Part shown: positions 1-12,200 of the stretch, piece by piece | Layout: each line of letters opens with the position of its first letter | Position numbering within the stretch: the first letter of the stretch is position 1 | Assembly: GCA_963924565.1 (NCBI GenBank) | Contig: OZ004607.1 | Location: 6,138,001-6,202,000, forward strand | Reading direction: 5' to 3' | Source: Ascidiella aspersa | Taxonomy: Eukaryota | DNA length: 64,000 nucleotides | Position numbers and translations under genes: made by a program | Notes under the pieces: model-generated | Seen by the model: the letters and a program-made list of their open reading frames with translations, nothing else | Databases searched by the model: none | What the model was told of the DNA's origin: nothing

Positions 1-2571
1 TTGTGCTGACGAAGCACAACATGACGATTTTTGTAAGTATACGAACACTTGCTTGGTTGAGTGTTACTTAACATGTGTTTAATGTACTGAAAAAAGGTGC
101 TAACTAACATGTACGTTAAGTGTACTGGGCGACAATAACTGGTCAGGAAGAAGCTGATTATGACAATATGGCTAGCAGTTGGGCCAAGGCAGTGTTTCGC
201 AACGTCAAAACATCGTACACAAAAAGTTTTATCAAGAAGCTTACCAATAAAGCAAAATATGGAATCCTAACTAAATTAGACTATCTTTCAACACCTTTGA
301 GAGGTAAAAATGGCACCCTAGAGTGCCGCAGCACCCCGGTTAATATCCACTGGACAAAGAGCTTATAGAAATAAACGAGTGGGTTGACTTTGGTACTGTC
401 CCGATGGATTTTTGCAAACTTATGGATCTGTAGGGTTTTGCCCATTTAGCCATGTTTGACATCTGTTAGTTCTCGACAAATCAAGTTTTTGCATCGATGA
501 AACTATCACGTTTATGCAGTAAAACTAAAATATCTAAACGATATATTTCAGAGCTACAACCAGTTATTACGTGAATAAAATTACAACGGTTTTGTCATTC
601 ATGCATCTCTGCCTTATATGGGTTTACGTTCATTAACTACAACAAAACGGTTATCATTTTAATGTTCGTTTGTTTAGAGTTGAAAAATAAAGCGAGGGTC
701 TATTTACTTTTCAGGTTAGTCCCAGGTTCCTTGTCGTAAATATTGGGAATCGAAACGTCCTTCAACTTCTGAGCAACCAAACAATGTCGAGGTTACGGGG
801 CGGGGTCAAGTTCGAGGTCAAGATCATTTCGAAACGAAGCTCTTTGTTCACCATTACGGTCGACATGTCTCTGCAGTTCCAGGTATACATTTTGACATCA
901 ATAGCAAAACTAAAATCGATTGAATGAACAGCACTGTCATTTGAAATCAGACTCGGTCAATCGCGATATGCAAGAAAAAATACATTTTGACAATAAGATG
1001 GCTTTACCGAAGAACCCCTCTCATAACTATTTTAATTTCCAGAACAATCTATCCCACAGACGATCTTGTATTTAGGAATACCAAATGGGTCGTTTTTTGA
1101 AGCGCGATGCTTCCAATTTTTAATTTGGGCTTCTTACTTTTCAACCAAAAAAATTATGTTTTCAAAGATATTGTGCATATTGTTCACCAACTGACGTGAT
1201 AGTTTTATGTAGGTGTTCGCCAAATTCCGACTATCCAAGCGCACGTTCCGCGACCACCTTGACTTTTCTGTGAGCAACAACAAGGGCTTGTCGAAAGCCG
1301 CTGGAGGCGTGCTCGGACAGTTTCCTCGGCGTGCTCGGACAGTTGCCCTCGACCTCAAGCCAAACTCAAGAACTGCAACGCTGAAGATGAGGTTTGTCCT
1401 TAATGGATCTAACAGATAAAGCAAAAAACACTAAAGCGGGCGTAGCAGTGTCTAAGTCAATCACTCTAGGGTGCCATTTTTAACGCTCAAGGGTGCCGAG
1501 AGATACTTTGAATTCTTTAGGATTCCAATTTTTGGTTTATTGGTGTTTTTTCAACCTTGTTGCACAGTTAATGCGCTGTTTTAATCTCGTTTTTTGCAAC
1601 GCTACTGTTAACCAGTCAGCAAAAATACGAGCAAGGGTGCTGCGAACTATTTATAATTTCTGTAGAGTGGCGCAAGCCAAAAAAGGTTGCGAAACACTGG
1701 TCAGCGATAGAGATTAACATTGGCAGTGTTTTATTGATGAAATGGTTTGGGATCCTGCGTATCTGTGGTTCTCAAACGTATAAGTTTTAGGCTATAACTT
1801 GAGGCCAAGTCAAGTGTGTTTTGTTTGTGGTAAGAAAGAATTAATCTAAAACTGAATTGAGAGTATCCTAAAGGCCCTAGATTTTCAATATTGTTTTGTT
1901 TTTTGGTAATTTTTTTTGTGCATAAAATTTGACATGTTTTCGGTGCTGTACACACAAAAATATGTTATTAAACTTTCATCAAGCTTTTTTGAAGGCACGG
2001 TACGGTTCATATTTACGGCATAGTCGCCAGCCTTACGGAATGGAGCACTTCAATAGGCATAAAGCTTAGGCAACAAAACAGAATCGTTACTTTTGCAGAT
2101 CTGTTATCGTGAATAGGAATATCCAATGCTTGACATTGTCCCGATACCCGATATTTTTGACAAAAAGTAAGGCGACCCTGAACCAGCTATGGTCAAAAAT
2201 GCAAAATAGATTAAATTGAAGCGTTCAAACGCCTTTTTCTAGGTTATTACGACAAAAAATATAGTTGCCCCAAGTTGTAAACCATGGCTGAAAATCCTAT
2301 ATTAATTTAGCATCTGGTCGACACCGATATACCACTCGGGTATATCGGACGAGCACCGATACACTCAGTATTGGATCCGATATTATCGAACATCCCATCG
2401 CGAACCTTTTTATTTTGCAGGAGCCACGCAACTCAAGTTGTGAACCACACGATGTACGACACCTACACGAAAGAACAGGTGAGCTGTTGGTTCGTCAGCA
2501 ACCTGTTCGAGATCACCGCCCACAATCAGACCGAGTACCAGGTTAAAGAAATATTTTCACACAAGAAATAA
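1..2571 (+). CDS. 3' end of an inverted paralog/duplicate of the ITIH-like gene (partial, continues left of window)
   Basis: Exons <1-32, 715-882, 1213-1391, 2421-2571 mirror 8818-8849, 7978-8145, 7469-7647, 6287-6437. GT-AG sites are intact and the frame is open to TAA at 2569-2571. I see one K/Q change and two synonymous changes. Confidence 0.8.
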
Positions 2572-2663
2572 AAGCGCTTTCGGGTGTGTTTTTGGTGTTA
2601 TGTAAGCTGCTTCCTTCTCTGATTGTGTCAAACGATTTCTTTCCATTTCTTAGTTCTTTAAAG

Positions 2664-3216
2664 CAGGGGTCGGCAACCTTTTTTTACACTGCGGACCGGT
2701 TTAAAACTGAAATTTTTTCGCGGACCGGCCTTAAAAACAGCAAATGTCCAGGAAAGGAAATTTACAACAACTTTTTTCAATGTACGAATTAAAATGCATG
2801 CGCTTTTTGAAAATTTCCATTGTTTATAAGCATTGTTTGATTCTATTGCACTTCTGTGTGGGCACGCTTGAACATCAAAAACACATTATATATGGTCCGT
2901 TTTTCATACATTGTATGTACCAGGAGTTAAATTTTACGATAAAAATGCATTTTTGGATGTTTTAAACGTGCTATGTAACTCATATGGTCACCTCACGAGT
3001 GCTTGATACTTTAGGATTTTTTTATAATACCAATCAACCATAAAGTATATTTCAACGAAAGATAATGTGTTTTGAATATAAAAATACATTTAATAGATTT
3101 TTAGGTTTTTTACGACCTTTTATGTACGCTTTTGGGTTTTGATCAAAATTTTAATCTGGCAACCCTGCTACGGACCAATAACTAACTCCTCGCGGACCGG
3201 CGGTTGCCGACCACTG
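2664..3216. mobile_element. hAT-type MITE (mirror copy at 5642-6194)
   Basis: TIR caggggtcggcaacc / ggttgccgaccactg, 8-bp TSD ctttaaag. Confidence 0.85.
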
Positions 3217-5641
3217 CTTTAAAGCACTCATGTTCCCTTGCACGCTTAGCGTCATGTTGGATTTCTGCCAGTAGTTCACTTTTGGCATTCGTGTTGATTT
3301 TTGTTTAACGACCACAATCAGTACAAATAGTTCTACTGTAAATTTCAATCACTTCTGCACAGTTCCATCCATGTAGAGACGTTTTGAATTTAGCAATGTT
3401 GGGTTTAAGCTACTCTGAAATACTACATTTCCGAGTCATGCTTTCAAAAATATCGTAGTCATTAAATAAATATATTGGAATCTACTGTTTGTTATTAGTA
3501 GTATGTCGAGGCAGGAAGTCAGAAATATTATGTCGGAAAACTAAACTCAATTTTAGAAAAATATCTTTGCCACGTTTAACAGCGGAGCACTCGGTTCAAT
3601 CTAACTAAAAAGTAAGAAAAGTCGAGTTTCGTGTATTGTGGCTAAACAGTTGCAGCATGTAAGCATAAATGTATTTATTTCGCCTCAGCACGTTTTAAGC
3701 GACATTGCGCTCTATGCTGACGCGTTGTAGGATATTACAACATCCGTTTGCGTGAAGGTAAGAAGTTTAAATAGCTCTAAACCAGCAGTTCTCAACCAGT
3801 GGGCCATCGCAACAATTTTAGGTGGGCCACAGAGAAATTTCAAAAAACTAGATTTGAAGAATTTGAATTCATTTGTGTCACTTCATTTTACACTTTACAG
3901 GAATAAAGGCAATGGGGAATTGAGATGGAAAGTTAATTTTGTGAAAATAAATTTATTGTTCAGCAGCAAATTACTCACTTATCCACAGTTGAATAAATAT
4001 TCTGTTTAAAATATATTTAGTTCTAAACCTATTTTATAGTTTTTTTTATCTTTCATAAAAAAATATTGAGCCACGGAATTATTGTGGCAACGAAAATGGG
4101 CCACGAAAGAAAAAAGGTAGTGAACCAATTCTCTAAATTATGTGACAAAACTGCCAAAACAAGTTGTCGAGGACTGAAAATTTCGTAATAACTGCTGCGT
4201 AAGTTCTAGAAAACTGAAAGCCACGCTAGACACGAAATGTTTCTTTGCAAAGAAGAAGTAGCTGCTACTGAGGACTCAAGTATGGAGTATAAACGACCCG
4301 ACTGGCGCTGGTATCGATGTAAGTTCAATGTCAAACGCAAGATCCGAAGTGTATTGCCGTTAATGTGCTTCTCCCTTTTTGCCAGCAACCTGTGAAAATT
4401 ATAAAATATATTTTCAAGGATGCATCTAAAAAGTAATTACAGCGTTTCCTTGCTAGTTAACAACAGATTTGTTGTTATCCTGACTGTTTTTGTTTTTTTA
4501 TGAAGAAAAAATAGAAGTGACGACGTACAATGTACAATTGTACATGCATATATTTAATAAAGCAGCATACTTGAGTCCTCAGTAGCAGCTACTTCTTTGC
4601 AAAGAAACATTTCGTGTCTAGCGTGGCTTTCAGTTTTCTAGAACTTACGCAGCAGTTATTACGAAATTTTCAGTCCTCGACAACTTGTTTTGGCAGTTTT
4701 GTCACATAATTTAGAGAATTGGTTCACTACCTTTTTTTCTTTCGTGGCCCATTTTCGTTGCCACTATAATTCCGTGGCTCAATATTTTTTTATGAAAGAT
4801 AAAAAAAACTATAAAATAGGTTTAGAACTAAATATATTTTAAACAGAATATTTATTCAACTGTGGATAAGTGAGTAATTTGCTGCTGAACAATTAATTTA
4901 TTTTCACAAAATTAACTTTCCATCTCAATTCCCCATTGCCTTTATTCCTGTAAAGTGTAAAATGAAGTGACACAAATGAATTCAAATTCTTCAAATCTAG
5001 TTTTTTGAAATTTCTCTGTGGCCCACCTAAAATTGTTGCGATGGCCCACTGGTTGAGAACTGCTGGTTTAGAGCTATTTAAACTTCTTACCTTTACGCAA
5101 ACGGATGTTGTAATATCCTACAACGCGTCAGCATAGAGCGCAATGTCGCTTAAAACGTGCTGAGGCGAAATAAATACATTTATGCTTACATGCTGCAACT
5201 GTTTAGCCACAATAAACGAAACTCGACTTTTCTTACTTTTTAGTTCTATCTAACCGAGTGCTCCGCTGTTAAACGTGGCAAAGATATTTTTCTAAAATTG
5301 AGTTTAGTTTTCCGACATAATATTTCTGACTTCCTGCCTCGACATACTACTAATAACAAACAGTAGATTCGAATATATTTATTTAATGACTACGATATTT
5401 TTGAAAGCATGACTCGGAAATGTAGTATTTCAGAGTAGCTTAAACCCAACATTGCTAAATTCAAAACGTCTCTGCACGTCTCTACATGGATGGAACTGTG
5501 CAGAAGTGATTGAAATTTACAGTAGAACTATTTGTACTGATTGTGGTCGTTAAACAAAAATCAACACGAATGCCAAAAGTGAACTACTGGCAGAAATCCA
5601 ACATGACGCTAAGCGTGCAAGGGAACATGAGTGCTTTAAAG

Positions 5642-6194
5642 CAGTGGTCGGCAACCGCCGGTCCGCGAGGAGTTCGTTACTGGTCCGTAGCAGGGTTGCC
5701 AGATTAAAATTTTGATCAAAACCCAAAAGCGTACATAAAAGGTCGTAAAAAACCTAAAAATCTATTAAATGTATTTTTATATTCAAAACACATTATCTTT
5801 CGTTGAAATATACTTTATGGTTGATTGGTATTATAAAAAAAAACCTAAAGTATCAAGCACTCGTGAGGGGACCATATGAGTTACATAGCACGTTTACAAC
5901 ATCCGAAAATGCATTTTTATCGTAAAATTTAATCCTGGTACATACAATATATGAAAAACGGACCATATATAATGTGTTTTTGATGTTCAAGCGTGCCCAC
6001 ACAGAAGTGCAATAGAATCAAACAATGCTTATAAACAATGGAAATTTTCAAAAAGCGCATGCATTTTAATTAGTACATTGAAAAAAGTTGTTGTAAATTT
6101 CCTTTCCTGGACATTTGCTGTTTTTAAGGCCGGTCCGCGAAAAAATTTCAGTTTTAAACCGGTCCGCAGTGTAAAAAAAGGTTGCCGACCCCTG
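5642..6194. mobile_element. hAT-type MITE, palindrome-arm copy
   Basis: Reverse complement of 2664-3216 with the same TSD. Confidence 0.85.
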
Positions 6195-6285
6195 CTTTAA
6201 AGAACTAAGAAATGGAAAGAAATCGTTTGACACAATCAGAGAAGGAAGCAGCTTACATAACACCAAAAACACACCCGAAAGCGCT

Positions 6286-6291
6286 TTTATT
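6286..6291 (-). promoter_or_regulatory. Poly(A) signal AATAAA overlapping the stop codon (mirror at 2567-2572 +)
   Basis: aag aAA TAA Aag followed within ~10-30 nt by a GT-rich tract (gggtgtgtttttggtgttatgt). Confidence 0.55.
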
Positions 6292-9200
6292 TCTTGTGTG
6301 AAAATATTTCTTTAACTTGGTACTCGGTCTGATTGTGGGCGGTGATCTCGAACAGGTTGCTGACGAACCAACAGCTCACCTGTTCTTTCGTGTAGGTGTC
6401 GTACATCGTGTGGTTCACAACTTGAGTTGCGTGGCTCCTGCAAAATAAAAAGGTTCGCGATGAGATGTTCGATAATATCGGATCTGATACTGAGTGTATC
6501 GGTGCTCGTCCGATATACCCGAGTGGTATATCGGTGTCGACCAGATGCTAAATTAATATAGGATTTTCAGCCATGGTTTACAACTTGGGGCAACTATATT
6601 TTTTGTCGTAATAACCTAGAAAAAGGCGTTTGAACGCTTCAATTTAATCTATTTTGCATTTTTGACCATAGCTGGTTCAGGGTCGCCTTACTTTTTGTCA
6701 AAAATATCGGGTATCGGAACAATGTCAAGCATTGGATATTCCTATTCACGATAACAGATCTGCAAAAGTAACGATTCTGTTTTGTTGCCTAAACTTTATG
6801 CCTATTGAAGTGCTCCATTCCGTAAGGCTGGCGACTATGCCGTAAATATGAACCGTACCGTGCCTTCAAAAAAGCTTGATGAAAGTTTAATAACATATTT
6901 TTGTGTGTACAGCACCGAAAACATGTCAAATTTTATGCACAAAAAAAATTACCGAAAAACAAAACAATATTGAAAATCTAGGGCCTTTAGGATACTCTCA
7001 ATTCAGTTTTAGATTAATTCTTTCTTACCACAAACAAAACACACTTGACTTGGCCTCAAGTTATAGCCTAAAACTTATACGTTTGAGAACCACAGATACG
7101 CAGGATCCCAAACCATTTTATCAATAAAACACTGCCAATGTTAATCTCTATCGCTTAGACCAGTGTTTCGCAACCTTTTTTGGCTTGCGCCACTCTACAG
7201 AAATTATAAATAGTTCGCAGCACCCTTGCTCGTATTTTTGCTGACTGGTTAACAGTAGCGTTGCAAAAAACGAGATTGAAACAGCGCATTAACTGTGCAA
7301 CAAGGTTGAAAAAACACCAATAAACCAAAAATTGGAATCCTAAAGAATTCAAAGTATCTCTCGGCACCCTTGAGCGTTAAAAATGGCACCCTAGAGTGAT
7401 TGACTTAGAACCTGCTGCGCCCGCTTTATTGTTTTTTGCTTTATCTGTTAAATCCATTAAGGACAAACCTCATCTTCAGCGTTGCAGTTCTTGAGTTTGG
7501 CTTGAGGTCGAGGGCAACTGTCCGAGCACGCCGAGGAAACTGTCCGAGCACGCCTCCAGCGGCTTGCGACAAGCCCTTGTTGTTGCTCACAGAAAAGTCA
7601 AGGTGGTCGCGGAACGTGCGCTTGGATAGTCGGAATTTGGCGAACACCTACATAAAACTATCACGTCAGTTCGTGAATGATATGCACAATATCTTTGAAA
7701 ACATACTTTTTTTGGTTGAAAAGTAAGAAGCCCAAATTAAAAATTGAAAGCATCGCGCTTCAAAAAACGACGCATTTGGTATTCATAAATACAAGATCGT
7801 CTGTGGGATAGATTGTTTTGGAAATTAAAATAGTTATGAGAGGGGTTCTTCGGTAAAGCCATCTTATTGTCAAAATGTATTTTTTCTTGCATATCGCGAT
7901 TGACCGAGTCTGATTTCAAATGACAGTGCTGTTCATTCAATCGATTTTAGTTTTGCTATTGATGTCAAAATGTATACCTGAAACTGCAGAGACATGTCGA
8001 CCGTAATGGTGAACAAAGAGCTTCGTTTCGAAATGATCTTGACCTCGAACTTGACCCCGCCCCGTAACCTCGACATTGTTTGGTTGCTCAGAAGTTGAAG
8101 GACGTTTCGATTCCCAATATTTACGACAAGGAACCTGGGACTAACCTGAAAAGTAAATAAACCCTCGCTTTATTTTTCAACTCTAAACAAACGAACATTA
8201 AAATGATAACTGTTTTGTTGTAGTTAATGAACGTAAACCCATATAAGGCAGAGATGCATGAATGACAAAACCGTTGTAATTTTATTCACGTAATAACTGG
8301 TTGTAGCTCTGAAATATATCGTTTAGATATTTTAGTTTTACTACATAAACGTCGATGGAATAATTTGATTTGTCGAGAACTTACAGATGTCAAACATGGC
8401 TAAATGGGTAAAACCCTAAAGATCCATAAGTTTGCAAAAATCCATCGGGACAGTACCAAAGTCAACCCACTCGTTTATTTCTATAAGCTCTTTGTCCAGT
8501 GGATATTAACCGGGGTGCTGCGGCACTCTAGGGTGCCATTTTCACCTCTCAAGGGTGTTGAAAGATAGTCTAATTTAGTTAGGATTCCATATTTTGCTTT
8601 ATTGGTAAGCTTCTTGATACAACTTTTTGTGTACGATGTTTTGACGTTGCGAAACACTGCCTTGGCCCAACTGCTAGCCATATTGTCATAATCAGCTTCT
8701 TCCTGATCAGTTATTGTCGCCCAGTACACTTAACGTACATGTTAGTTAGCACCTTTTTTCAGTACATTAAAACACGTGTTAAGCAACACTCAACCAAGCA
8801 AGTGTTCGTATACTTACAAAAATCGTCATGTTGTGCTTCGTCAGCACAATCCCGACTTCACCCAAGAAACTTGGTTTGGTCTTGTTACTGGCGCCTGGCA
8901 CGTCTAACAACTTTACGTTTACGAACACGCCAGAAGCCTTGTCGGCTATGATGTTGTACATCTGCGAATAAAATAAACGCATGTACACACGTTAAGTTAT
9001 GCATACGGCGTATACAAAATACGCTATGAAATTGTACCAAGGGCGTCGAATTGCAGGCATTTGAATGTACCTTAGATTTCAAAATTATAGTAAAAGCATT
9101 TAAAATTTACTCCTGAGATTAATTACTGCTACGAAGTATACTGTATAGCCAACTTAACTAAAGTATAAATCTTCTCGGTGCCCCCCTTTCATCGTTTACA

Positions 9201-12200
9201 TTGTTTTGTTATCTGTTCACTGCAGTGTTTCTCCAACTTGTTAAATCAGACCTCACTTTTGTCTATAAAATAAATGTCGGGCTCCACCAAACTGACTGCA
9301 TGTCGTTAAACATCTGCGTGGTCTGCCACTACGAAAACACCCATGCTCGGTATCACAGAACAATTTAAAGCAGGGTTGCGTAGTCGGAGTCGGGACTCGA
9401 GTAAGACTACATAAAATTACCCGAGTCCCGAGTCCGACGTGCGCATGAGCAGAACTAAATTTAAAACTGATAAGACAGCAAACTGTAAATTGTAAACGTG
9501 GAATAGCAAATGTGAGAATATTTTTCAACCATGTATTGTGAGTGGAAGAATTATGTGACATCATTATATGAATTGATTGTTTAATATCTACATTATTTTA
9601 TTACGTAAATTGGTGAAATACTTGCTGTAGCATAGAGTCGGAACCGGACTCGTACATTTAGCCTTTGTCGGACTCGGGATTAGGCAATCGGACTCGGGTT
9701 CCTTTTTGGGGGGCTTAAGTCGGACTCGATTTATTTTTAGACCAACTCCAGCCCTGATTTAAAGTGTAGTGATATCTCACCTCGCTATCCTTGCCGTGCC
9801 AGTTGAAGCAGATGGCGATATTTTCGTTCAGGTCGACCAGAATGTGCGGGTCGCCTGCTATTACCATTCGATCCCGCGACGAACCGGACACGGGTGGTCG
9901 GGCAATGGAAGGGGGTGGACGGGCGATTAGCGGGACAAAATCAACTGTGACTGGAGGTGGTTCCTCCCACGTAATAATCGTACCTGCAGATACGCCGCAA
10001 TGGTTAAGCGGTAATTTACATTACAGATAGTCAGTAGTTCTCCAAAACACCCAGGTGTGTATACTTAAAGCAAAACGTGCTGGGTCAAGCTTTGTCCTAA
10101 AACCCAAATTTGAAGACACGTGAAACAATTAAATGATTTGCTGAGCACAATTATAAAAGTATAGAAAGAGCATTAGGAAACGTTTATTATAGGCACATTT
10201 TTGACTAAAAAAAAAACACTTTCGAGAAAGAATTACAAAGCCTACATTGCAGCCAACACGGATAAATTAGGCGTATATGTTTTGGCAAGCTGTAATATAG
10301 TAGTATGCCGATCAACGGTTGCTTTTGTTTCCTTAGTTTTGTGCAAGGTGTCAAATGCCCTAAAAATGATTCAAGTTAATCATGCCTGGTGCAATGCTTA
10401 TGGGCCCGACCTTAGCGGTGAGGATCAGTAATTAAGTCAAGTCAACGCATTCACTAGGGTTGGCCAACATCAGTCTGTAGATTAACTGCGTTCGTAGTTT
10501 AGTATACCTAGGTCTTCAGTGTTCGCGAGAGTAAGCGATACTTCCAAACTGCATTCTATGAACCTGTTTGGCTTTTCGACAAACATATTTAGCTGAAGAA
10601 ACATTGGCGAAAACGGACTGATGAGTTATAAAAGGAACGGAAAATGGGGATGGATGTTGCAAGTCGCAGCAAAGACAGCATTCGTTCTGTAGTTTTTTCA
10701 TTTAAAATAAAGCTTTACGCTTTAAGTTACAAAGTATAACCGTTTCTAGTGAGAGCAGTTTTTGGAGTTCTATATCAGTTTCACTTTTTGATTTTTAAAA
10801 AGGTTTTTTTTTCGTTTTTTTTTTGTGGACAGCTTTAATAACAAATACTATCCGGTTACGGTAATCGTTTAAAATGTATCCGGATATCAGATGGCAAAAA
10901 AAGTCCTCGGTTAACTGGTTAGCCGCTATCCGGATAGCACAACTCTAGCCGTCACCTGATTAGACTTTACCGTGAAAATCTAACAGTTGTCACAAGCGAG
11001 AAACCAAAAAGTGTAGGCTAGAGCGATGGGGAATCTTACCGAACCCGCCAGCACCTACAACCAATGCTGCTAGCCTGGGAACAGACGTGAAGGCAATCGT
11101 TGTGGTAGTAGGAGCAGCTGTGGTGGTAAGGGCTTCTTCCAGCTCCTTGATGTCTTCCGGCTTAAGGACGATCATGGAAGTGATGCCGGGCGTCACAAAG
11201 TCGAACCTGAGGAGAAGTTGTTTTGTAAACACAAGTTTTGTAAAGAGTTCATTTTAAAATGAATTAAGTCCCAGAAAAATTAGGTCGAAGTCAAGTCCAT
11301 TTTAAAAGAACTTAAGTCCAAGTCAAGTCATTTTTAATAAATAACAAGTCAAGTCCTAGTCAAGTCATAATTAGAGCAAAGTCAATTTCTAGTCAAGTCC
11401 TTGTCATAAAAGTGAAACGTTAAACTATTTTAATTGGTAAACTACTCCTATTATGAGCAGTAACTAAAAAATAACACGAAACGCAACATAAAGCAAGCAA
11501 ATTGTTTTATGTTCAAAACTTGAGATAAATAACCCAATTTTATAATTAAAAAATCATTTCATTTGAACCCAAGTCATTTGTCAACACTTTTAAACAAATG
11601 GTATAGTTTGGCTGTTGGAACCTTGTTAATTGTGGTATTTTGAGGGGCACCGAAGCGACTTGTTAGAGTTTAGAGTTTAATTGTGTATATTTTGTTAGCG
11701 GATAAAAACTTCGGATCATAATGGTTGGAGGTATTTGTAGTAAGACGTAGTAAGAATATCAAAGCCCATACAGAAGTAGGAAGCATTATAAACGTTTCGA
11801 ATAACTCTTTATTCATTTTCAACATAGTCATGTTGAATCAATAAAACAATGTTGAAAATGAGTAAAGAGTTATTCCATTTGTTCAAAAAAACAAAACTGT
11901 TTACTAAATTCAGAGCCCGTGCGATGAACTTTTCAATTTTTAGAAAATTGCATCTAAATGCTTTACATGATTACATTAGCGCGAGGAAAGTGTTTTCTCT
12001 TCTTTTGAATGTTTATGAAGATATAATTTGGATAATTTCAAATTGTTTTTTAAGACCTACATATAAACACAGTATAAATGAGAGTATAATAGCAACATTA
12101 AAAACGTAAAATGTCACAGACACACTTCAGTTATTCGTTGAGTTAATTATTCGCAGATGCTTACTGCAAGGATCGGTTCAAAGCGATTTTCTTAAGGTTC

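Larger units (their letters stand above)
1..8849. repeat. Large inverted repeat (palindrome): arms 1-4284 and 4566-8849, 281-bp spacer 4285-4565
   Basis: Mirror-image ORF pairs (120..368+/8481..8729-, 1213..1419+/7441..7647-, 3151..3348-/5510..5707+). Direct reverse-complement comparison shows only scattered substitutions and small indels. Confidence 0.97.

Noticed and set aside
120-368. Mirrored short ORFs (82 aa and others) as real genes
   Set aside because: They are intronic or MITE-derived and paired only because of the palindrome; no recognisable domains.
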